A stretch of 64,000 nt of DNA, taken from assembly GCA_002104905.1 (NCBI GenBank), contig MCFE01000003.1:186001-250000 (forward strand). Reading direction: 5' to 3'. Shown one piece after another: positions 1 through 11,050 of this stretch (within the stretch, counting starts at the first letter, position 1; each line of letters opens with the position of its first letter). The notes below the pieces were generated by a model. The model made no database searches. It saw nothing but the letters and a program-made list of their open reading frames with translations, and was not told the DNA's origin. The translations under genes were made by a program, and so were the position numbers. Source of the DNA: Basidiobolus meristosporus CBS 931.73 (lineage: Eukaryota > Fungi > Basidiobolomycota).

Positions 1-222
1 AATTAATTAATATTGCTAACATCATAGTAAAAAAAGTACACTTTGAGTAAATGGGATTAAACCTCCGATGCCCGTAGAGATTTCAAAATATTATTCAACT
101 TGGCCGCAATTAGGTTAATATTCTTCACGGTATTTATATTCAAAAGCTTAATATCCAACGTATAAAATAATACATGTAAAATTGCAAATTTAACAAGAAA
201 TATACATGATGATGGGGAATAT

Positions 223-702
223 TCACCAGCCACGGCTAAAGCCTATGGACATCACAGTCAATGCAAGGCCAAACTCAATTAGTCCAAATGTCGCATCAAT
301 GAGCCCGGCGTGCTCGAAATGAATCAGTCCATTAGCAAGCACAAGGTCAACAAACACCCACACCACCCCAAATGAGAAGTAGATCCAGGTCAGAATCATG
401 GAGCCGTGGGTGAGTCCCAGTCCCAGCGTGCTGGCCACAAGCATCCACAGCATAGTGATGAACACATTGCGTGCCACCTTCTGGGTGTGGCTGACACTGC
501 AGTGCAAGCCTCGGAAATGCTTGGTGAGGGATGAGCCAGTGGCTGATGTTTGGTTGTTGCCGGTCGACTCGGATCCTTGGTCAGCGAGCAATAGCAGCGC
601 CCAGATGATCCAGAAGATGAAGAGTGCGATGAACGAGTCTCTGATGTTGCGATTGTCCCCGAGATTGATTGACTCGAGTGCTAGTGTAGTGGTTGCCTCC
701 AT
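223..702 (-). CDS. Small 4-TM membrane protein, subfamily A, copy A1 (159 aa, unknown function)
   Basis: Intronless ORF with four hydrophobic segments (FIALFIFWIIWALLLLA; VFITMLWMLVASTLG; MILTWIYFSFGVVWVFV; FGLIEFGLALTVMSIGF), ends RGW; TATATAAA on minus strand at 813-820; conserved in 5 copies. Confidence 0.9.
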   Translation of the reverse strand: MEATTTLALESINLGDNRNIRDSFIALFIFWIIWALLLLADQGSESTGNNQTSATGSSLTKHFRGLHCSVSHTQKVARNVFITMLWMLVASTLGLGLTHGSMILTWIYFSFGVVWVFVDLVLANGLIHFEHAGLIDATFGLIEFGLALTVMSIGFSRGW

Positions 703-1784
703 GGTAGAGTAGAGTAGAGTAGAGTAGGCAGAGCAATGTTTCAGTTGTAGTCTAGATGATAGTATGGATTGTACTATTCGATATGTTCCGAGTTACATCA
801 TTCTACTGGCCGTTTATATACGATGACATGCTGGTACTCCGTATCCACCCGGCGTTCGAATTGATCGAAGATACCGAGTTCAAGTAGCAGTCATTTTCAC
901 CGAGTGTATTTTGGGTAGCGGGGTGATGTTGAACCGAGTTGGCAGAATGTCAGGGTAATGACATTGCCAGATGTATTTACTCGTAGCTGACCATATCCAA
1001 TATTAGCATTGTCCGATCTGTATCGAGTGGCTTACCATGTGATGAGATTACCGATCTTCTACTCTTTCCGCATTTCCTCATTGTCTCATTGCCTTGTCAA
1101 CTTCACTGCCGGCCATAATAGCCCAGCCACAATGGGGTGGTGGCATTGCTACTCAATTCAGTTCAGGGCAAGAGCATTCGGATACGTGATCTTCACCTAT
1201 ACATGTGCACATCTTCCACGAAATAGGCAACGGTGACATCAACTACTTGCAATATCCGGTTAATCGGTCATGAGCCATTATCTCCGTATGGAAGGTGGCC
1301 ACTTTGATGGCCGATCATTTGTATCGTCACGCCAGATTCCTAACTCGGAATACCGGTCTATTTCCATCACTATCCTGTGAGGGATTTTCGAGTCCGAAAC
1401 CATTGACTAATGGTTAAATCCTGCTTCCTTGAACTCGTCTGCATTAGTAAACGACTAAGACAGACCTTCGCTTGATACTGCACTCTGCATTTCAAGAATG
1501 CTCTGATATTCTTTCGTGGTTGTAGCATCGTTGGCAGTTGCCGGTCCATGAAATTAGCCCAGCAACACTGTGTCCACCGGATTATCGTATGGCACTTGGG
1601 GAGGCTCATTTAGTATATAATGCTCATCGGGATCGAGCCAACACTCCAGGAAAATACTATACACTTTGTGTAAATCATAGAATCAACCTGATCACAGGAG
1701 CAACGCACACTATATACTCTGACTAGAGCGTCACAACAGCACACCACCACTACTTTAACCGCAGCTACCACTTCACAAGAGATC
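703..1784. promoter_or_regulatory. Bidirectional promoter P1 between A1 and B1
   Basis: Outward-facing TATA boxes (TTTATATA 813-820 for A; TATATAA 1614-1620 for B); homologous region repeated in each unit. Confidence 0.7.
704..725. repeat. (AGAGT)n microsatellite abutting the subfamily-A start codon (also at ~5675, ~8346, ~11052, ~13805)
   Basis: Counted AGAGT units: 4 (A1), 4 (A2), 5 (A3), 2 (A4), 3 (A5); reads (CTACT)n in the A 5' leader. Confidence 0.85.
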
Positions 1785-2327
1785 ATGGCATTCTGGGATA
1801 CCTTTGACCTTTGGAGCAAGGATGACTCCTACATTCGGGACTGCTACATCGCTCTGTGGACCTTTTGGATCACCTGGTCACTGCTTCTGTTGGCCAGATA
1901 TTTCTTCGACTGGAAGGATCGTCACCTCGTTGCCGCCCCAGGCACCGTGCCGGAGATGCACGAGAGAGTAGGCTCCACGGACTCCACTCATCCAGCAGTG
2001 GAGAGTCAAGCCACGTCACCCGGTGGTGCCTCCCCTGCTGCCACTTCTGAGCCTGCTCTATCACCGCTGGGGGCAAAGGTGGCTCGCGCCGAGTCACTAT
2101 CACGCAATCTATTCATCACATTCCTTTGGATGTTGACAGCCAGCGCGCTAGGCTATGGCATCACTCGAGGCTCGATGATTGTTGCATGGCTCTACTTCTC
2201 GTTTGCAGTGGTGTGGATTGCAAGTGAGCTGAGTATCACACATCCAGCGGCAAGAGTTGGATTTGGACTCACAGAACTTGGACTATCTTTGGCAGTCATG
2301 GGAATTGCCTTCAACTTTGGTTGGTAG
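1785..2327 (+). CDS. Small 4-TM membrane protein, subfamily B, copy B1 (180 aa, unknown function)
   Basis: Intronless ORF; TM segments align with subfamily A (RD.xIAL..FWI.W.LLLLA; RN.FIT.LWML.AS.LG.G.T.GSMI..W.YF; FGL.E.GL.L.VM; terminal GW); Ser/Thr/Pro-rich loop 1. Confidence 0.9.
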   Translation: MAFWDTFDLWSKDDSYIRDCYIALWTFWITWSLLLLARYFFDWKDRHLVAAPGTVPEMHERVGSTDSTHPAVESQATSPGGASPAATSEPALSPLGAKVARAESLSRNLFITFLWMLTASALGYGITRGSMIVAWLYFSFAVVWIASELSITHPAARVGFGLTELGLSLAVMGIAFNFGW

Positions 2328-3384
2328 TTATTTCTAAATAGTTACTAGATTTCCGGTACATTATGTACCATGTCAAATGTTGTATGATTATGTATTTTTC
2401 AGTAAATAAATACAGTAGACCAAAGTAATGTTGCTCAGGATTAAATTGCCGTCTCGCATGAAGATTTGCGCAAGTATACTTTGTCTGTTGTAATTCATAT
2501 GGATAATTGGTTTGAATCAAAGCAGCTTTCGCTAATTATACACTCAAGGTTGGAATACGTTGAGACCAGTAGAGAAAGACACTGGGCCATGAAATGTACC
2601 AAGTATACAGTCAAGTAAACCGTAATCTTGCGATTTTTGGCCATGTGACAGTGCAGTTTTCATGACGAGTTACAAAATTTCCAATCCATGAGTTTGCCGG
2701 GAAGTTTATCATAAGGACTCGTGTTTTATTAACAACTAGAGATTCGGCCGGACCTTTTGGCCAGAATTTGACTGAATGGTCGAAATAGTACGCTATTGTT
2801 TTTACTAGGTGAATGTCTTTCTTTGTTTATTACATGTTATATCCTGATAAACAAGTATTTGAATATGTATTTTTTGATATTATTTTGAAGATTGCTCATA
2901 TGCTTTTTATCTTTGCCTGAGACCCAAATAATGCTTCCTGTCAGTAAACATCTTGATATTAATATGTGTGTATCAGTGTTCAAGAGCTTTATTAAACACA
3001 AAGAAGCCAAGCGTCGTTTATCGCTGCGTTTTGACAGGAATACACCTGGCTTGAGCTTCCAAAGAGTTATCGTTGCGCGCTCAACAGTCGATGGTAATGC
3101 GTAATATGATGTCATTTTGGATTCAGTACCGGGGATTACATTGACACTTTCATAAAACTGTTTGAAGTATATCAAGATTGGCAGTAATTATACCTTGGGA
3201 CACATTGAACCTGCAACTGCTAATACTACCGAGCACTACAAGGCTTACCGAATGGAGAGCCCTTGCAGGGGAAGACGGAGAAATGGTAACTATACAGCGA
3301 CTTAAAGTGGTTGAGAATATGAGAACCACAAAAACAGGATGTATTCCATTCATTATATTTCTAGGTTTGATTAATGCCGCTAAC

Positions 3385-4755
3385 AATCCCTATAAAAAAT
3401 TTCAAACTTGGATTTCATATGGCACTCTGCTGGTGTTCTGCTGGTATTTTTTAATCAAATTTTCAAGTGCAAATGCCTCTAAAAACCAGTGAGCTGACTA
3501 TTATCATATTTGGTATGAGGGTTACTCAGGAACAACACTTTCTCGAACATATGTCGACTTGTCCTCAAGAAGGCTAGAACTTGTAATATGTGTGTTGTAA
3601 CTTTGAGGAAATTTGAATTTTTGCAGGCATCATGTTGGCAATCCACTGGTTTTTGATGGACTTTTTTCCAAAGGAAATCTTCGAGATAGCTTGGCATCTT
3701 ACCATGATATAATATCTACAGAAAGATAGGAGATTTTCTTCTGCTGCTTTATCCTGGGTATCTGTGAAGTCAATGCTTTATTGTATGTTTGCTTATCAAA
3801 GCGATGTTTGTTGCATTTCTTTTTCAAGGATGTTTTGCCATGTATGCTATTACTGTTGTAAAAATTCGGAATTCCACCTAAATATTCGCCTAACTTAGTA
3901 ACTTGAATCATTACCTACAAATCTTAGAGAATACTGACCAAATTCCTTGTCGGGATTTACTTGGAATATTTTCACCAAATCATCAGGTACCCTGAACATA
4001 AATAATCTCAAGGTTATCCAAACAGCCCCAAGCTTTGCACACATGTTCTTGGGACCTTCCTAAACATATTTTATGTGTTTGTTTTACCAAGACCATGTAA
4101 TAGTACAAATACCACTTTTACATTCAATAAATCATTAAGAGAAACCATATAATCCACTTGTTCTCCCAATCACTTCCAACATCTCCAAGACTCTTACAAC
4201 AGTTATAATATTGCCAGAATTTTGCTAGTACTGCGGCTCATGTCACAGGCACTAAGGTTTAATTTTCATGCGGTGGTATTTTTGACCATCCAATGTGTGA
4301 AGACTACTATGTCAAGCATTTAAAAGTGGTATACTAAAAAATCAACAATACTCAATCATTCTTCAGAGGAAGGACAAGCGATTTTTGATAATTCAAATTA
4401 AGTTGCTGAAAGCCATACACATTGTATTTCACCCTGAAAAAAAAATATTAAGAAAAGGCCAGCTGAATACCATCATATTATCAGCTGAATTCCAAGTTTC
4501 TCTAAGCTTAAAACTCTCAATATGTCTGGAACTAATTGTTTGGCAGACAAGCAGACATATCTACTAGGAGGGGACTAGGCCAACTAGCATTCATACCAAA
4601 TTTGGTAATCAGCTACTCACTACTTCCAACAGAAAATCCAACTAAAGTTGGAAGGAAAAACACCAGCTGAATGCCAGCAAAATACCGTTAGACTACCAGC
4701 AGAATACCAGCAAATAATCAGATGAATTCCAGGTTTGAGATTTTTCATAGGATTC
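3385..4755. mobile_element. Degenerate long-inverted-repeat (foldback/TIR-type) element relic
   Basis: Left arm ~3385-3660 is the diverged reverse complement of ~4450-4755 (TACCAGCAGAA(C/T)ACCAGCA, TCATACCAAAT(A/T)TG(A/G)TAAT, GACAAG..GACATAT match across arms); lies in a ~2.2 kb insertion absent from the other array spacers. Confidence 0.55.
3854..4201 (+). mobile_element. Solo LTR, copia-type, related to the LTRs at 60567 and 63532
   Basis: 348 bp bounded by TGTTGTAA...TTACAACA; shares blocks with 60567-60915 (CTTGTCGGGATTTACTT.GAATATTTTCACCAAAT, CTTTGCACACAT.TTCTTGGGACCTTCCT, ATCACTTCCAA); flanks ATTAC/GTTAT. Confidence 0.85.
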
Positions 4756-5193
4756 AATGAAGTATTGATCCATTTGGTCTGATTAAAATTTGCCAAAAAT
4801 TGCTAGTAAAAGCAAAAAAAGACAGTTTTGAAAACTTTCTTGAGAAACGCCAAATGCTATTAAGTTGAGGATACTTTAGAGAATACCTTCGCTTTGTTTA
4901 GACTTCGCGTATCTTTTCTATGAGATCTGAAAATTTGACTACAGGTAGATAAAATAGTCGAATTCGGGTAATTTATGGTTGTAAATAAATGGCAGTTAGT
5001 CAAGAATTTAGGATTATAGTATTTACATTATTCATTGAACGATGATGAGGTTTATTAAACAAAGAATGTGCAATCTCGCACTATAAACAAACAGCCAAGT
5101 ACTGTGCCTGAGACAATATACAATCTATAATAGCTAATAGCTTGGGTATTTTCAGGTGCTTTTTACATTTATCACGGCATACTTGACCTAATT

Positions 5194-5673
5194 TTACCAG
5201 CCTCTGCTGTAGCCAATGGACATCACAGTCAACGCCAGACCAAACTCAATCAATCCAAATGTCGCATCAATGAGCCCGGTGTGCTCGAAATGAATCAGTC
5301 CATTAGCAAGCACAAGGTCAACAAAGACCCACACTACCGCAAATGAGAAGTAGATCCAGGTCAGAATCATAGAGCCATGGGTGAGTCCCAATCCCAAGGT
5401 GCTGGCCACAAGCATCCACAGCATAGTGATGAACACATTGCGTGCCACCTTCTGGGTGTGGCTGACACTGCAGTGCAAGCCTCGGAAATGCTTGGTGAGG
5501 GATGAGCCAGTGGCTGATGCTTGGTTGTTGCTGGTCGACTCAGATCCTTGGTCAGCGAGCAATAGCAGCGCCCAGATGATCCAGAAGATGAAGAGTGCGA
5601 TGAACGAGTCTCTGATGTTGCGGTTGTCCCCGAGATTGATTGACTCTATTGCTAGTGTAGTGGTTGCCTCCAT
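5194..5673 (-). CDS. 4-TM protein subfamily A, copy A2 (159 aa)
   Basis: Near-identical to A1; ATG at 5671-5673 by alignment (the ORF-track extension to 5775 is not conserved). Confidence 0.9.
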   Translation of the reverse strand: MEATTTLAIESINLGDNRNIRDSFIALFIFWIIWALLLLADQGSESTSNNQASATGSSLTKHFRGLHCSVSHTQKVARNVFITMLWMLVASTLGLGLTHGSMILTWIYFSFAVVWVFVDLVLANGLIHFEHTGLIDATFGLIEFGLALTVMSIGYSRGW

Positions 5674-6759
5674 AGGTAGAGTAGAGTAGAGTAGAGTAGG
5701 GCAGAGCAATGTTTCAGTTGTAGTCTTGATGATAGTATGGATTGTGCTATTCGATATGTTCTGAGAAACACTCATTTGCTGCTCCGTTTATATATGATGA
5801 CATGCTAGTGCTCCGTATTCACCCGGCATTCGAATTGATCGAAGATACCGAGTTCAAATAGCAGCCATCTACACCGAGTGTATTTTGGATAGCGGGGTGA
5901 TGTTGAACCGAGTTGGCAGAATGTCAGGGTAAATGACATTGCCAGATGTATTTACTCGTAGCTGACCATATCCAATATTAGCATTGTCCGATCTGTATCG
6001 AGTGGCTTACCATGTGATGAGATTACCGATCTTCTACTCTTTCCGCATTTCCTCATTGTCTCATTGCCTTGTCAACTTCACTGCCGGCCATAATAGCCCA
6101 GCCACAATGGGGGTGGTGGCATTGCTACTCAATTCAGTTCAGGGCAAGAGCATTCGGATACGTGATCTTCACCTATACATGTGCACTCTTCCACGAAATA
6201 GGCAACGGTGACATCAACTACTTGCAATATCCGGTTAATCGGTCATGAGCCATTATCTCCGTATGGAAGGTGGCCACTTTGATGGCCGATCATTTGTATC
6301 GTCACGCCAGCTTCCTAACTCGGAATACCAGCCTATTTCCATCACTATCCTGTGAGGGATTTTCGAGTCCGAAACCATTGACTAATGGTTAAATCCTGCT
6401 TCCTTGAACTCGTCTGCATTAGTAAACGACTAAGACAGACCATCGCTCGATACTGCACTCTGTATTTCAAGAATGTTCTGATATTCTTTCGTGACTGTAG
6501 CATCATTTGCAGTCGCCGGTCCATGAAATTAGCCCAGTAACACTGTGTCCACCGGATTATCGTATGGCACTTGGGGAGGCCCATTTAGTATATAATGCTC
6601 ATCGGGATCGAGCCAACACTCCAGGAAATTACTATACACTTTGTGTAAATCATAGAATCAACCTGATCACAGGAGCAACGCACACTATATACTCTGACTA
6701 GAGCGTCACAACAGCACACCACCACTACTTTAACCGCAGCTATCACTTCACAAGAGATC
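5674..6759. promoter_or_regulatory. Bidirectional promoter P2
   Basis: Homologous to P1 with both TATA boxes retained. Confidence 0.7.
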
Positions 6760-7302
6760 ATGGCATTCTGGGATACCTTTGACCTTTGGAGCAAGGATGA
6801 CTCCTACATTCGGGACTGCTACATCGCCCTGTGGACCTTTTGGATCATCTGGTCACTGCTTCTGTTGGCCAGATATTTCTTCGACTGGAAGGATCGTCAC
6901 CTCGTTGCCGCCCCAGGCACCGTGCCGGAGATGCACGAGAGAGTAGGCTCCACGGACTCCACTCATCCAGCAGTGGAGAGTCAAGCCACGTCACCCGGTG
7001 GTGCCTCACCTGCTGCCACTTCTGAGCCTGCTCTATCACCGCTGGGGGCAAAGGTGGCTCGCGCCGAGTCACTATCACGCAATCTATTCATCACATTCCT
7101 TTGGATGTTGACAGCCAGCGCACTAGGCTATGGCATCACTCGGGGCTCGATGATTGTTGCATGGCTCTACTTCTCGTTTGCAGTGGTGTGGATTGCAAGT
7201 GAGCTGAGCATCACGCATCCAGCGGCAAGAATTGGATTTGGACTCACAGAGCTTGGACTAGCTTTGGCAGTCATGGGCATCGCCTTCAACTTTGGTTGGT
7301 AG
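6760..7302 (+). CDS. 4-TM protein subfamily B, copy B2 (180 aa)
   Basis: Near-identical to B1. Confidence 0.9.
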   Translation: MAFWDTFDLWSKDDSYIRDCYIALWTFWIIWSLLLLARYFFDWKDRHLVAAPGTVPEMHERVGSTDSTHPAVESQATSPGGASPAATSEPALSPLGAKVARAESLSRNLFITFLWMLTASALGYGITRGSMIVAWLYFSFAVVWIASELSITHPAARIGFGLTELGLALAVMGIAFNFGW

Positions 7303-7864
7303 TTAGTCATAAGTGATATTAAGGCTCCCCTATATAATTTACTGCACATTCGCCGTTGTATATCTTATGTATATTTCAATAAACAAGTACAATAGGTAAA
7401 CGTAATCGAAGTAAACGTTTGTCCATTATTGAACAGCCGTCATGTTCATCATATATCCAATTAAGTATTTCTGCTCTGTATAACTCGTTGATTTCGTCCG
7501 ATTGCTCTCGATATCTAAGATTCTAAGATAAATAGCATTTAAAGCTATAGTGGAGTTATCAGTCAACGACGAATCTAATAAAGTGATGTAAAGCTATTAT
7601 CTAGTTGTTTTTGGAAACGCGATATTGGCGATTTCATGGTAGACTACAAAACTACACATCTACAATATCATCTCCTTATTCACTGCACAGTTCGTCTTCT
7701 CAGCTAGTTAATGATATACGTAAACAGAAGTTTTAAATGGGAAACTATATTTTATGAATTATATCCCGCAAAGAATGCGACAATATAGTATTTAAGAAAT
7801 GTACATTCTATTATTTTTAAAGAGGGGGTGCATTGTACTTTGTTCGTGGCAATTTCAAATTAAA

Positions 7865-8344
7865 TCACCAGCCTCTACTGTAACCAATGGACATCACAGT
7901 CAACGCCAGACCAAACTCAATCAGTCCAAATGTCGCATCAATGAGCCCGGTGTGCTCGAAATGAATCAGTCCATTAGCAAGCACAAGGTCAACAAACACC
8001 CACACCACCCCAAATGAGAAGTAGATCCAGGTCAGAATCATGGAGCCGTGGGTGAGTCCCAGTCCCAGCGTGCTGGCCACCAGCATCCACAGCATAGTGA
8101 TGAACACATTGCGTGCCACCTTCTGGGTGTGGCTGACACTGCAGTGCAAGCCTCGGAAATGCTTGGTGAGGGATGAGCCAGTGACTGATGTTTGGTTGTT
8201 GCTGGTCGACTCGGATCCTTGGTCAGCGAGCAATAGCAGCGCCCAGATGATCCAGAAGATGAAGAGTGCGATGAACGAGTCTCTGATGTTGCGGTTGTCT
8301 CCGAGATTGATTGACTCGAGTGCTAGTGTCGTGGTTGGCTCCAT
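7865..8344 (-). CDS. 4-TM protein subfamily A, copy A3 (159 aa)
   Basis: Near-identical to A1. Confidence 0.9.
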   Translation of the reverse strand: MEPTTTLALESINLGDNRNIRDSFIALFIFWIIWALLLLADQGSESTSNNQTSVTGSSLTKHFRGLHCSVSHTQKVARNVFITMLWMLVASTLGLGLTHGSMILTWIYFSFGVVWVFVDLVLANGLIHFEHTGLIDATFGLIEFGLALTVMSIGYSRGW

Positions 8345-9422
8345 GGTAGAGTAGAGTAGAGTAGAGTAGAGTAGGGCAGAGCAATGTTTCAGTTGTAGTC
8401 TTGATGATAGTATGGATTGTGCTATTCAATATGTTCTGAGAAACACTCATTTGCTGCTCCGTTTATATATGATGACCGCTAGTGCTCCGTATTCACCCGG
8501 CATTCGAATTGATCGAAGATACCGAGTTCAAGTAGCAGCCATCTACACCGAGTGTATTTTGGGTAGCGGGGTGATGTTGAACCGAGTTGGCAGAATGTCA
8601 GGGTAAAGATATTGCCAGATGTATTTACTCGTAGCTGACCATATCCCATATTAGCATTGTTCGATCTGTATAGAGTGGCTTGCTATGTGACAAGATTATT
8701 CAATATCAGTCATTTCCGCATTCTCTCATTGCCTAGTTATCTTGACCGCTGGACAAAGTGTTCCAGTCACAATGGAGGTGGTGGCATATAGGCTCATTTC
8801 AGCCCAGCATATCTGCTTACGGGTACGTGATTAATATCCATTTACGCGACCGCTTTCACGAAACAGGGAACCGTGACATCAATCGTTAACCAGATCTGGT
8901 TAATCGGGCATGTGTCATTGCCTGCATATAGTTGGAGGCCATAGACGATCGATCGTTTGAATCCTCGCGCCTGCTTCCTAATGCGGAATCTGAGCCTATT
9001 TCCATCCTCATCCTGTGCGGGATTTTTGAGTCCGAAACCATGGACTAATGGTTGAATTTTGTATCCGTGGACATATTCCCATTAGTTAATGACCAAGACG
9101 GTCTACTGATTGAGCTGGAAATCAAAATATCAAGAATGGCCCGATATTCTTTCGTGGCTGTGGCATCATTTGCAGTCGCCGGTCCATGAAATTAGCCCAG
9201 TAACACTGTGTCCACCGGATTATCGTATGGCACTTGGGGAGGCCCATTTAGTATATAATGCTCATCGGGATCGAGCCAACACTCCAGGAAATTACTATAC
9301 ACTTTGTGTAAATCATAGAATCAACCTGATCACAGGAGCAACGCACACTATATACTCTGACTAGAGCGTCACAACAGCACACCACCACTACTTTAACCGC
9401 AGCTATCACTTCACAAGAGATC
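8345..9422. promoter_or_regulatory. Bidirectional promoter P3 (diverged central block)
   Basis: Ends match P2; centre ~8680-9140 diverged; both TATA boxes retained. Confidence 0.7.
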
Positions 9423-9965
9423 ATGGCATTCTGGGATACCTTTGACCTTTGGAGCAAGGATGACTCCTACATTCGGGACTGCTACATCGCCCTGTGGACC
9501 TTTTGGATCATCTGGTCACTGCTTCTGTTGGCCAGATATTTCTTCGACTGGAAGGATCGTCACCTCGTTGCCGCCCCAGGCACCGTGCCGGAGATGCACG
9601 AGAGAGTAGGCTCCACGGACTCCACTCATCCAGCAGTGGAGAGTCAAGCCACGTCACCCGGTGGTGCCTCACCTGCTGCCACTTCTGAGCCTGCTCTATC
9701 ACCGCTGGGGGCAAAGGTGGCTCGCGCCGAGTCACTATCACGCAATCTATTCATCACATTCCTTTGGATGTTGACAGCCAGCGCGCTAGGCTATGGCATC
9801 ACTCGAGGCTCGATGATTGTTGCATGGCTCTACTTCTCGTTTGCAGTGGTGTGGATTGCAAGTGAGCTGAGCATCACGCATCCAGCGGCAAGAATTGGAT
9901 TTGGACTCACAGAGCTTGGACTAGCTTTGGCAGTCATGGGCATCGCCTTCAACTTTGGTTGGTAG
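9423..9965 (+). CDS. 4-TM protein subfamily B, copy B3 (180 aa)
   Basis: Protein identical to B2 in the ORF track. Confidence 0.9.
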   Translation: MAFWDTFDLWSKDDSYIRDCYIALWTFWIIWSLLLLARYFFDWKDRHLVAAPGTVPEMHERVGSTDSTHPAVESQATSPGGASPAATSEPALSPLGAKVARAESLSRNLFITFLWMLTASALGYGITRGSMIVAWLYFSFAVVWIASELSITHPAARIGFGLTELGLALAVMGIAFNFGW

Positions 9966-10570
9966 TTAGTCATAAGTGATATTAAGGCTCCCCTATATAA
10001 TTTACTGCACATTCGCCGTTGTATATCTTATGTATATTTCAATAAACAAGTATAATGGATAAAATAACTATTTATTGAGTAGTGGATTGTTATAACTTGT
10101 AGAATTTAGCCTAAGCGTACTTCCAACTCTAAATTGTATGGAATGGTGCGTGTATCAAGCCACTCATCTGCCATCACAGCTTTCACGAATGATTATGTTG
10201 GGGTAGTATAGGTTAGTCATTTAGCCGGTGCCCGCACAAGTATGTGGTGAAACAAACAATGCTGTTATTTTGGACACGCAATATAGATGATTTTGTAACG
10301 AACTTAGAATAAGCGTATGTTAAATTAACCTGGGCGTTCATCATATAAATTTTCGTCTTGTTTATGAAATATGATTACTCTACGATTAAGGATTACTGCA
10401 AGTGCATTGTTCATTACAATATGATGGCATTTATTAAACAAGAAATGTGTGCTCTCGCACTATGAACAAACAGCCAAGTACAGTGCTTGAGACAATATAC
10501 AATCTATTATGGCTAATCTTGGGTATTTTCGGGTGCTTTTTACATTTATCACGGCACACTTGACCTAATT

Positions 10571-11050
10571 TTACCAGCCTCTGCTGTAGCCAATGGACAT
10601 CACAGTCAACGCCAGACCAAACTCAATCAGTCCAAATGTCGCATCAATGAGCCCGGTGTGCTCGAAATGAATCAGTCCATTAGCAAGCACAAGGTCAACA
10701 AACACCCACACCACCCCAAATGAGAAGTAGATCCAGGTCAGAATCATGGAGCCGTGGGTGAGTCCCAGTCCCAGCGTGCTGGCCACCAGCATCCACAGCA
10801 TAGTGATGAACACATTGCGTGCCACCTTCTGAGTATGGCTGACACTGCAGTGCAAGCCTCGGAAATGCTTGGTGAGGGATGAGCCAGTGGCTGATGCTTG
10901 GTTGTTGCTGGTCGACTCAGATCCTTGGTCAGCGAGCAACAGCAGCGCCCAGATGATCCAGAAGATGAAGAGTGCGATGAACGAGTCTCTGATGTTGCGG
11001 TTGTCTCCGAGATTGATTGACTCGAGTGCTAGTGTGGTGGTTGGCTCCAT
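10571..11050 (-). CDS. 4-TM protein subfamily A, copy A4 (159 aa)
   Basis: Near-identical to A1-A3. Confidence 0.9.
   Translation of the reverse strand: MEPTTTLALESINLGDNRNIRDSFIALFIFWIIWALLLLADQGSESTSNNQASATGSSLTKHFRGLHCSVSHTQKVARNVFITMLWMLVASTLGLGLTHGSMILTWIYFSFGVVWVFVDLVLANGLIHFEHTGLIDATFGLIEFGLALTVMSIGYSRGW

Noticed and set aside
223-2327. Opposite-orientation (SMR/Fluc-like antiparallel) heterodimer model for A and B
   Set aside because: Hand K/R count gives loop1+loop3 versus termini+loop2 of 8:3 for B1, 4:3 for A1 and 5:3 for A'; no inverted charge bias, so unsupported (a parallel heteromer remains possible)
3854-4201. Frames resembling LINE RT or zf-RVT fragments in the 348-bp repeat (also 60567-60915)
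   Set aside because: TG...CA termini, PBS and PPT show these are LTRs; the protein resemblance is coincidental
9018-9034. Gal4-type CGG-N11-CCG site in P3 and P5 (14469-14485)
   Set aside because: The first triplet is AGG in P1, P2 and P4, so it is not conserved; likely chance
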